Assembly (NCBI RefSeq): GCF_006345805.1
Contig: NC_043003.1
Location: 56,978,001 to 57,042,000 of the forward strand
Source of the DNA: Octopus sinensis
Taxonomy: Eukaryota
Direction: 5' to 3'
Length of the DNA: 64,000 nt
How positions within the stretch are numbered: position 1 is the first letter of the stretch; the number at the start of each line of letters is the position of its first letter. The position numbers and the translations under genes were made by a program. Under the pieces are notes generated by a model. It saw nothing but the letters and a program-made list of their open reading frames with translations. It was not told the origin of the DNA and did not search any database. Of the stretch, positions 54,068-64,000 are shown piece after piece.

Positions 54068-54184
54068 GGTCATCACTGTTTGCTGAGGTTGATGAGCTGA
54101 GCGCATTCTTTTCAGAGAGTTTCTTGCATTCAAACGCGGGTTCGAATTCCTTTGAAGATAGTGATGACCAGATTTTTTTTTTTA
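54068..54184 (+). ncRNA. Vault-RNA-like gene copy 7 (subfamily B-like), best terminal stem
   Basis: GGTCATCACTGTTT pairs with AGATAGTGATGACC over 14 bp (two G-T). B box GGTTCGAATTCC, a long T terminator, and upstream TATAAATATACTATTTT. Confidence 0.72.
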
Positions 54185-54334
54185 CCTTATATATCAAGTC
54201 AAAGTTATTAATTCTTGCATTTTCATCCAAAATCATGCAAGGTCAACATGATCTAGTTTTTCGTCATTGTTGCAATTTATTTAAAATACGCAAGCAAAAT
54301 CTAGAATCAGATATTTCAGAAATGTACGGAGATT

Positions 54335-54768
54335 GGATCTTTTCGGTTTGAACGGCAGTTTTTAACATAATTTATAGGTAACTAAAAAATTTTAAACTTC
54401 GTATACTGGTAGAATGTGTTTATAAAACATGTTTTCTCTTGGCTTTATTGAGAAAATTCTATAGTTTGTAAGATATTTGTTGTTGTTTTTTCTTCAATTT
54501 CTGCAATTTGAACCAATCAGATACGTCTATTGAGGTAAAAAACATTCTGTGCCGTATGAATATGTCCCTCGTTTAAGAAACAGATTGGGTTTATTTACAT
54601 TTGTGAAGAAAAAAAAGATATCCTTCCCCCACTAACCCTAACCGTAACTAACTATTCCTAACCCTAAAACAGATTGAAATGTAATAGATCGATACTAGGG
54701 TCATAATTATGGGTGACAATTTCATACGACACCGCTAGAAAAAACTGCCGTTCTAACCGAAAAGATCC
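54335..54768. mobile_element. MITE with internal (CCCTAA)n, second full copy; extra left-end copy at 53933-53974
   Basis: TIRs GGATCTTTTCGGTTTGAACGGCAGTTTT / AAAACTGCCGTTCTAACCGAAAAGATCC. Confidence 0.85.
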
Positions 54769-55193
54769 ATATATATATATAATATATATATTATAATTGT
54801 CACAGAGGGCATCAAACGTTAAGACAATGCAAACATCTCATGTTACATACATTATTATTATTATTGAAAAAAATCACACTTACCTCTGTTTCTGGCATAC
54901 ACCAGAGTATGGTATATTCCATCATACTCTGGCATATCCCAGAAACAGCTGTAAGACGTTGATTTTTTTCAGTAATAATAATGTATATGACTTGAAATGT
55001 TTACCTATTAACGTTTTTTGTCCTCTTTAACAATTATATATCCGCTATATCGGAAAACTTCAATGGATCCAAAACTACCAGTGTCTCAGCGACAAATCGG
55101 AGCCCTAGTTATCAGTTACAACACTTACCTAGTGTACATAATCGTTTAGATCACCCATGAACTAAACCCCCATATTTACACACATTTATATAT

Positions 55194-55250
<57 letters not shown>

Positions 55251-55769
55251 TATATATACATATATCAGATAATATAACGAAAAACCATTAACGATAAATC
55301 GATAAATATAACGAGAAAACTTTAACGCGCTCAGAAGAATCAGGTCACTTGAGATAAGGAGCAAGTTTATAAGCTGAATCAGAGATTCTGAATGTCTTAG
55401 ACTGTGCAGAGATATGCCTAACAGATGGCGGGTACTTGGGGAATTCTACAGTAGTGCATATTTCTATTTTGAATGGCCCAGTGGTTAGGGCAGCGGACTC
55501 GCGGTCGTAGGATCGCGATTTCGATTCCCAGACCGGGCGTTGTGAGTGTTTATTGAGCGGAAATACCTAAAGCTCCACGAGGCTTCGGCAGGGGATGGTG
55601 GTCATCCCTGCTGTTCTCTTTCGCCACAACTTTCTCTCGCTCTTTCTTCTTTTTGCCTGCTCACTTGGCCAGTGGGGTGGCGTCATTTGAAGGCTAAAAC
55701 AATGCGAAGCACATTCTGACCAGCGATGTGAAGCAACATCTGATAGCCTGGTCGGTCACGGTAATCACG

Positions 55770-55811
<42 letters not shown>

Positions 55812-55814
<3 letters not shown>

Positions 55815-55990
55815 TATTCATCCCTTATGCCATTGAAGACCTCCACGACGGTGGAGTGACGATTTCAAGAGGACGATTGGGATCACGTGGATGAGAAAGG
55901 CGCGATCCAGAGAGCAGTGGACAGCGTGCTGTGACCAGCGGTGTCAAATGGACGCCTGACGGACTGGTCGGTCAAAGTGGTCAAAGTGAT
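55812..55990 (+). mobile_element. RTE-clade LINE 3' end
   Basis: Frame RPPRRWSDDFKRTIGITWMRKARSREQW matches the RTE C-terminal GRPxxRWxD...W...A.DR..W pattern. Confidence 0.7.
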
Positions 55991-56503
55991 ATATGGTATA
56001 CATATCATATCGAGCATAAATCTGTCGGATATTGTTATACATCGGCGGTCAGAAAGCGCATCAGGTTTTTCTTACCTATTCAAATGAAACCACCTATGCT
56101 AGGCGAGCAGGCTGACATTCTCTTTATGAGGCCTACACATTTACTGCTGAGTGGGTTAGAATAACGTGAAATCAAATGTCTTACACAACAACACAAAGCG
56201 GCTCCTGATCCGGAATCAAAATCATTATGTAGCAAATGTGATTGCAATATATTATCCAACCGCCTACATGTCTTCACACACACCCACACACATACATACT
56301 TGCAAACACACACTTAAACATAAATGTATTACTTGTATACACACGTATAAAAGAGAGAGGGGGGAGAGATAAATATGTATACGTGCTTCCATGCATTTAC
56401 ACATAATTTTAATGCACGTAAACATGTGTAATATGCGGGAGAGGAGGGTGTGTATGAGGGAGCGCATTTCTTTATAAATACAGTATTTTGTACCAGGAAA
56501 ACA

Positions 56504-56545
56504 GGTAACCGCTGTTTGCTAAGAAGGAAGAGCCGGCATATTCTT
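56504..56545 (+). pseudogene. Vault-RNA-like gene copy 8, 3'-truncated
   Basis: The upstream TATAAATACAGTATTTT and 5' half GGTAACCGCTGTTTGCTAAGAAGGAAGAG are present, then unrelated repeat sequence replaces the B box and 3' stem. Confidence 0.55.
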
Positions 56546-56663
56546 ATTATTTGTTGTCCCTTATTTGTATCACCATAATGTCAAATTGTTTTGCGTTCTT
56601 GTCCCATTTTTGTATTTTATATATGTATATGAAAATATAGCAGCGTACGTACACTTTAGTCTC

Positions 56664-56703
<40 letters not shown>

Positions 56704-56712
56704 TGATAGATT

Positions 56713-56751
<39 letters not shown>

Positions 56752-56823
56752 GTGATCGCATGTATGCTTACATGCAATAATGCATGCAAGTATGTACAAG
56801 TACATGATAAATATACGTAATGC

Positions 56824-56868
<45 letters not shown>

Positions 56869-56920
56869 ATAGGTATGCATGCATATATGTATAAATATAC
56901 TAATTTGCTAAATCTTGACA

Positions 56921-57038
56921 GGTAACTATTGTTTGTTAAGATGGAAGAGACAAACGCCTTGTAGTTTCGGAGTTTAATACTCGGAAATCCAGGTTCGTAT
57001 TCCTATACTGATAATAGTTACCAGTTTTCTTTTTTTTT
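56921..57038 (+). ncRNA. Vault-RNA-like gene copy 9 (subfamily A)
   Basis: GGTAACTATTGT pairs with ATAATAGTTACC. A box GTTAAGATGG, B box GGTTCGTATTCC, terminator TTTTCTTTTTTTTT, upstream TATAAATATACTAATTT. Confidence 0.72.
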
Positions 57039-57547
57039 GTTGTTGTTGTAATACGTCAGAAACTGTGATACAACGAAAAAACATTAAAAGTAAAATGTAA
57101 CTATTATACAATGTATAGTTTAGTTCTTATGACAAATCGAATCCAGGTAGAACTCTCTTTAGAATATCGATTACCTATGATACTAAGTGATTTAATGATC
57201 CGTCATTAGCCATTGATTATGTTTAATAATATAAAATTGGCGAAATGTTTCAGAATATTGTGGAAAGACGCAATATTAAAAAATGACTGTAACGTCTTTA
57301 TATCCTTCGACTTGCCAGTAGTGTTTATCTTTTCTGTGTGAGGTTGTATATTACAACTTAATCTAAAATATTGTTCATAAAATCAGCTCATTTGTAAGAA
57401 ATCTGATTCTAAATTTTGCTTACGTATTTTAATTTATTACTTATGTTAAAAGACATGACGAAATGATAGAATCGTTTCAATTCGTAGGATTTGGGATGAA
57501 AATGTATCAATTGATATATACTCGATTTCATATTTTCACATTCGTGT

Positions 57548-57660
57548 AACACAATTCTGTCAACCATTATCTCCTCAGCAATACCTACCTTCGATTCATC
57601 GTACTAAACTTTTTAATTAGAATGCGTTCGACGCTTCCTCTTTGGCAAACAGAGTTTCCC
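57548..57660 (-). pseudogene. Vault-RNA-like gene copy 10 (subfamily B), degenerate
   Basis: Minus strand GGGAAACTCTGTTTGCCAAAGAGG...GAAGGTAGGTATTGC...ATAATGGTTGAC. The B box is mutated; the upstream TATAAATATACTATTTT is intact. Confidence 0.55.
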
Positions 57661-58829
57661 TGTTCGCTGGACAAAAAATAGTATATTTATAAATATATAC
57701 GGCCATACCCAACCACACGCAAAGTCTCCCTCTGTATATTACGCATGTTTAAGTGCTTATAAGTATAAGCACTTAAATGCATGCAAGCATATATACATAT
57801 CAATCTATTTATGTCTCACTATATGTGTGTGTATGCTTATAATGTATATATGTTCATGTGTGTGACTGTTTGTAAGTGTGTGACTGTCTGTGTGTGTGTA
57901 TGTGTGTGCAAAGGCATGTAGACGGTTGGATAATATATTGCAATCATAATGATATCGATTACGGAGCAGGTGGCTTCTGGAGCTTTGTGTTTCTGAGTAA
58001 GACACCTCATTTCCAGATCTTCCAGCCTACTCAGCGGTAAATATGTAGGCATCATCATGCGTATATAAGCCTGTTCGGCTAGCCAGCGTGTTTGCTTCAT
58101 TTGAAGAGCTAAGAAAAACCTGATGCACTTTGTGGCCGGCGATATATAACTTCATACGACAGATTTATGCTTGTTACCATATGTATACCAGGTGTGTGTG
58201 TGTGTGTATGTGTGTGTGTGTGTGCGTGTGTGTGTGTATATTCAAATATGTTAATCTCTAAATTAACATGGATGGTCAATGTTACGGTTATTTTAATACA
58301 AGGCGGATCTACCACCACTGGGTCACAGATTTGTTTTGCACACTGTAGATATTCCAAGCAGGAGAGGGAACCACTACTAAACTCCACCAGACGACGGGAT
58401 CGCGCAACAAGCTAGTTTTGCTCATATTCCTCACGAAAACTCGGTCGCTACAGAGATGACCAAAGACTGCCCTAGAAAATAAGATTTAGAAAAAGAAAGT
58501 GAGAATCGGTCACACAACACAAATGTAAGAGAAAAGATTTCGTCCCTTGATTGCAATATATATATGTGGTCCTGCTCTCACTCTCACAAACAGTGTATGA
58601 CACTCTCTGAGTTTGCTTGAAAGAAGTGAAAATACTAATATGCGCTAACGTAGAATTGTCCCAAGTCCGGCATCTGGTCAGCCATCTGTTAGGTATGTCT
58701 CTGCACAGTCTGAGACATTCAGAATTTTTGGTTCAGCTCATGATCCTGCTCTTTATCTAATGTAACCTGCTTTGTCTGAGTGCGTTTATGTTATCACGTT
58801 ATATTTATCGTTATCATCCGATATCAACT

Positions 58830-58833
58830 ATAC

Positions 58834-58866
<33 letters not shown>

Positions 58867-58930
58867 AATATATATTATATATATATATATATATATATCT
58901 ATATATATATAGATATATATATATATATTA

Positions 58931-58973
<43 letters not shown>

Positions 58974-59074
58974 GTATATATATATATATATATGTATATA
59001 TAATATATATATATATATAATATACATATATATATTTATGTATGTATATATGTATATATATATGTATAGATGTA

Positions 59075-59108
<34 letters not shown>

Positions 59109-59750
59109 GATATATATATATATATAGATATATATATATATATCTATATATATATATATAATATACATATATATGCATATATATATATATATATACATCT
59201 ATATATATATATATGTATATATGTATACATATATACATCTATACATATATATATACACATATTTATATACATCTATACATATATATACATATATACATAT
59301 ATATACATACATATATATATATATATATATATGTATGTATATATATATACATATATACATAATATATATATATATTGTGAGTGTATATATTATATATACG
59401 TAAATATATACACATACACTCGCACACTGACAAATATATATCTTTTTTATGTGTATGTGTCTGTAATCCTCTCTCTCTATATATATAAATATATATATAT
59501 ATATGTATATATATATGTATATATATATACATATATATGTGTATATATATATCTCTCTCTATATATGGACGCTCAGGAAAGAAGGAAAGAAGGAGGGTTC
59601 AACGTTTCGAACGGAGCTCTTCGCCGGAAATATAGGAGAAGGAAGATCCAGAGAAGGGAAGACAGAGGAAAAAAATCGCCACCGGTACACACGAGGTCAC
59701 ACACATACACACACATACATATATATATATACTATATATATGTATATATA

Positions 59751-59835
<85 letters not shown>

Positions 59836-59880
59836 GAGAGAGAGAGAGATATATAGATATATATATATATATATACACAC
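58830..59880. repeat. Very long degenerate (TA)n/(TACA)n tract with an embedded Penelope-type fragment
   Basis: Direct reading. Confidence 0.9.
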
Positions 59881-60278
59881 GTTGGAACTACATCAGCACA
59901 TGTAACAACCTGGAATCGGTTTCGAAATTAGCCCCAAATTGGTGCATGTTTCTCTACAGCTAAGTCAGCCAGCTAAATACTTCTGCAATTTTACCCCAAC
60001 ATGCCTGCAAAACTTCGGCTGATGATTTGTGACTGACACACTCATAGTCACACGCACACACATATAAGTACATAACTTATATATTATTTATTCATTTACC
60101 GTTACTGCTTATAATTCGCTTACCACACGTGATGGTATTTTAATAATACCATCCCTTCTAATATTCATTTAAAATTTATTACTCACACGCCATATGGCGT
60201 AGTAGTTAGTAATTTGCCCCACTGGCATATAGCGTAGTGGTTAACACCAGGATTCCGAGTTCGAATCCAGGCAAAGAC

Positions 60279-60309
<31 letters not shown>

Positions 60310-60321
<12 letters not shown>

Positions 60322-60470
60322 TCGAAAATACCTTAGGAATGAGAATCCAGGTTCGGATTTTCCCCAAGACACCTGATGAAGGCTGGAGGATATATCAGCC
60401 GAAAAGTTGTGTTACCAACAAACAAGATAAGGACAAATATCCGTCAAATGTAAAGAATGTTAATTTCCCG
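60310..60470 (+). mobile_element. Penelope-type pseudo-LTR fragment with a mutated hammerhead-like core
   Basis: CTGATGA-AGGCTG GAGGATATAT CAGCC-GAAAA after an (AAT)n run. GAAAC is changed to GAAAA and stem I is not evident. Confidence 0.5.
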
Positions 60471-60792
60471 TATTTTGGTTGTCTAAACGGTGTTTGGTGA
60501 CTTACTCAAGTACACGGGACACTACCTTCTCTTGAATCGAACCTATAACGTAGCGATAACTTAACCGCTCCTCCACGTATCCTCACATATAAACAAATAA
60601 ACACATGCACTCTCTCTCTCTCTCATTCACAGACACAGACATGTACACATAATACATAATGCGTTAACACACACACACACATACATACATATATATATTT
60701 GTGATCATATACATGATTACATGCAACAATGCATACACGTATTGCAATGTGTATTGCAATATATAAATATACTATCTTGGTAAATCCCGGTA

Positions 60793-60908
60793 GGTAACTA
60801 TTGTTAGCCCAGGCGGAAGAGACCAGCGCTTTCCAATTCTGGGGTTTAATACTCGGAAACGCAGGTTCGTATTCCTGGGGCAATAATGGTTACCAGACTT
60901 TTTTTTTT
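60793..60908 (+). ncRNA. Vault-RNA-like gene copy 11 (subfamily A)
   Basis: GGTAACTATTGTTAGCCCAGGCGG (canonical A box TAGCCCAGGCGG)...GCAGGTTCGTATTCCTGGGGCAATAATGGTTACCAGAC followed by T10. Upstream TATAAATATACTATCTT. Confidence 0.75.
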
Positions 60909-61274
60909 AGTACATGCGATATCTTTCAAAATGATATTATAAACTGTAATATTACAAATGACTTTGCAACTGTGATCCCCGCCCCCCCCAAAAAAAAAAT
61001 TGAAAGGAAAATGTAACTATATTACTTGGCTTCATTTAAAATATTGTTCATAAAATCTGTTAACCGGTTATTAAATCACTAAGTATCATAGACAATAGAT
61101 ATTCTCAGAGAATTCTACCTGCATTCGTTTAGTCATAACAACTAAATTATTATTTGTATTTTGTATAATAGTTACATTGTTCTTTATTTTATTTTATTTT
61201 ATTTTGTATCACGGTTGAATAGCCATTTATAATATTACGGTTTATAATATTATTTTGAAATATATCGCCTGTAC

Positions 61275-61396
61275 AAAAAAAAAAAAGAAATTCAAGTAAC
61301 CATTAATGCAACATGAATACGAACCTGCATCTCCGAGTATTAAATTCCTGAACTACAAGGCGCGTGTCTCTTCCATCTTGGCAAACAATAGTTACC
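61275..61396 (-). ncRNA. Vault-RNA-like gene copy 12 (subfamily A)
   Basis: Minus strand GGTAACTATTGTTTGCCAAGATGGAAGAGAC...GCAGGTTCGTATTCATGTTGCATTAATGGTTACTTGAATTTC followed by T12. Confidence 0.7.
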
Positions 61397-61621
61397 TGCC
61401 AACACTCGGTAAAATAGTATATTTAAACATATAGGCATCCATACGTATTCACACACACACACACAAACTGCATTACGTATATTATTCATGTACATGCATG
61501 TATGCATTATTACATGTAAGCATACATACGATCGCATCTATATATGTATGAAATGTATGTATGTACGTATGTATGTATGTGTATGTGTGTGTGAACGCTT
61601 CATGTATTAATATGTACATGA

Positions 61622-61658
<37 letters not shown>

Positions 61659-61942
61659 GAAGTGATAGAATGTCTGTTTATGCGTTTATGTGGGAGGAAA
61701 CGTGGTGGGGCGTATAAGTTATTTCACACATGATCGCTATGATATGGGTTCGATTCCGGACAAGACAGCGCCCCTTGAGTAAATCACCGAACACTATTTA
61801 GACAAACGTAATTAGTCAAATTATTTATAAATATATATTAGAAGGGATGGCATTATAAAATAACCCATCAGGAGTGGCAATCGAATTATCAGCCTTAACG
61901 GCAAATGAATAGAATATATACATTCAATATAACGTATGTACT

Positions 61943-62002
<60 letters not shown>

Positions 62003-62675
62003 TATATATATTTAAAACGATGTATTCAAAGGGGTAACTTGACCTAAATTTATTCTGAACAATTCGAATCACTAGCATTCACTTTTAGGTCTCTTGGCCA
62101 TTTAAAACGATTCCTCCAATATCCAGCTACAATCATACCACTACTGCATATGTGTGTGTGTGTGTGTGTGTGTGTTTGTGAGCGTGTGTGTGTATGTGAG
62201 TGTGTGTGTATAGATAGGCGCATATAGTTACATCGAACTTCATTCTTTATCAAGTACCACATATTGGAGGAGGCTCTCAGTAATAACAATGTAGGAAAAC
62301 AGAGGTGTATCAGAGTTTTAATGTTTGCTCATAGTACATTATTTACTTTCAGTAATATAAAATATGCGAAATCATTCAGAATAGTGTGCGAAGCCGTAAT
62401 ATTACTAATGAGTATTTAGTGCCTATATATCCTTCTAGCAGACCCTGATGTTTATATATCCTGTATGATGCTATATATTAAACGCAACTTAGAAATATTT
62501 CTCAGAAAACTCCGTTCATTTCTGAAATATCTGATTCTAAATTTTGCCAGTGTATTTTAAATTATTAATTATGTGAAAACAAACAGATCTAAAAAAAGGA
62601 AATCTATTTGAATTTTTATGATTTTGGACGAAAATGCTTAAATTATGAACTTTGATTTGATATCTGTTCATAGAT

Positions 62676-62786
62676 AAAACAAAATTAAGATGGCCGCTCA
62701 CTATCAAGGAATACGAACCTTCGTTTCAGCACACTAAACTAATTAGAACGCTTTCGTCTCTTCCACCTTGGCAAAGAATGGCCACC
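62676..62786 (-). ncRNA. Vault-RNA-like gene copy 13 (subfamily B)
   Basis: Minus strand GGTGGCCATTCTTTGCCAAGGTGG...GAAGGTTCGTATTCCTTGATAGTGAGCGGCCATCTTAATTTTGTTTT. The ends GGTGGCC/GGCCATC pair; upstream TATAAATTTACTATTTT. Confidence 0.72.
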
Positions 62787-62854
62787 GATTCGGTTGTTGC
62801 AAAATAGTAAATTTATAAGTATATGAACACACACACATCACACACACACACACA

Positions 62855-62905
<51 letters not shown>

Positions 62906-64000
62906 TACACACACACACACAACGCACATTTTACACATGTATACTTTCATATATGTATTTATAAATGCTTGCATACATACGCATACGCATATCTTTCTCT
63001 CTCTCGCTCTCTCTCTCTATCTACCTATCTACCTATCTGTCTGTCTGTCTATCTATCGATATATATATATATATATATATGGGTGTGTGTATTATGCATT
63101 TCTATATATGTGATTGGGTGTGTGAATGTGTCCTTTTATGTGAGGGTTTGTGTGCGTATGTGTTGTGTGTGTTTGTGTGTGCCTGTGTTTGCCTGTGCGT
63201 GTGAACTCCTGTGGTTGACTATAAGATATATTCAGAGCGCGATCGCTACATCATGGCTACAATCAGTAAAACAACCCATTCCAAGTTTTTCTGGTCCAAT
63301 CAGCTGTAGATTGGTACGCCTCAGCGGGAGAATGTGTGGCTGCTCGCATAGCCAGCGTGGTAGCATCATTCAAAAGCTAAAACTATGCGATGTGCATTGT
63401 GATCAGCAATGCATAACAATAATCTGATAGACCCATGGTTTATACTATAATATATGTATATATATATATATATGATTAAGTAAAATGAATCGCCAAATCA
63501 ATATGGCTGTTCAATGATACCTCTGTTTTAAAACCAAGGCAGATATTCTGCCAGCTGGTTATAGGTGCATTCTGCACCCTGTATATATTGCAAGCAGGGT
63601 AGCGAGCCGCTACCACCCTGCGGCAGACGACGGGATCGTGTAACTAACTAGGTTTCCAGCTAGATTTGCTCATATTCGTCAGAAATACCCGGTCGCTAGA
63701 GAAATGGCCAGAGTCCGCTCCAGCAAGTAATATGTAGAAAAGAAAGCGACCATAGGTCATATAGATGAATGACAAAATATCCTTGCAATTTATACTGGTG
63801 TTCCTGCTGTCATTCTGAAGCTCAGTCTATCATACTGTTGTGGTCCGCAATAAAGAATTAATTTACATTATTTACGCTTGTTTATATCACTGCATTAGGT
63901 TATTGGAACTAGCTATGCATGTCAGCTCCTTTGTGCCACAGGTCTATTTACACTATTTACATTATTTACACTCGACGGATATTTGTCTTCGTCTTGTTCT

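Noticed and set aside
59070-59963. 297-aa ORF and the many IY/HT/VC/MYVC-rich ORFs throughout
   Set aside because: They are translations of (TA)n, (CA)n, (TG)n, (TATG)n and (GATA)n microsatellites.
60185-60275. tRNA gene (TAGCGTAGTGG ... GAGTTCGAATCC)
   Set aside because: A and B boxes are present but too close, and no cloverleaf forms; it is an internally deleted SINE head.
42556-62786. Reading the repeated unit as canonical tRNA genes
   Set aside because: There is no consistent D-stem or anticodon among copies, the T-like loop has 8 nt, and the closing stem is 11-15 bp. Kept only as tRNA-like ancestry, pending tRNAscan-SE.
42556-62786. Reading the unit as an ordinary SINE or MITE
   Set aside because: Copies share upstream and downstream flanks, have no tails or target-site duplications, are confined to one 20-kb stretch, and their terminal inverted sequences covary instead of staying fixed as transposase-bound TIRs would.
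42000-64000. Protocadherin linkage, as for vertebrate vault RNA loci
   Set aside because: No cadherin-repeat ORF is visible in this window, so synteny cannot be claimed.

Overview
AT-rich, microsatellite-saturated animal genomic DNA, most likely a cephalopod (Octopus-like). This is inferred from its tRNA-derived SINE families and could not be checked against a database. No complete protein-coding gene is visible. Almost all supplied ORFs are translations of (TA)n, (CA)n, (GATA)n, (TATG)n or (GGTT)n repeats, or are transposon fragments. From 1 to 41 kb the window is a transposon graveyard: L1/Tx1, CR1-like, RTE, HERO-like and Penelope retroelements, mariner and maT (DD37D) transposons, MITEs, SINEs, and near-perfect palindromes that each encode a minimal hammerhead ribozyme. 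There are also a few weak candidate minus-strand exons near 3-6 kb. The main discovery lies at 42.5-62.8 kb: a cluster of 13 recognisable copies (plus a remnant) of a ~115-nt structured RNA gene in two subfamilies. The conserved design is an upstream TATA-like element, an internal Pol III A box and B box (GGTTCGTATTCC), 5' and 3' ends that pair into a 11-15 bp stem with many compensatory substitutions, a variable central hairpin, and an oligo-T terminator. This is the architecture of vault RNA genes rather than of canonical tRNA, so the cluster is proposed as a candidate vault-RNA-like or novel tRNA-like Pol III gene array. It expanded by tandem and inverted segmental duplication, often as convergent gene pairs.
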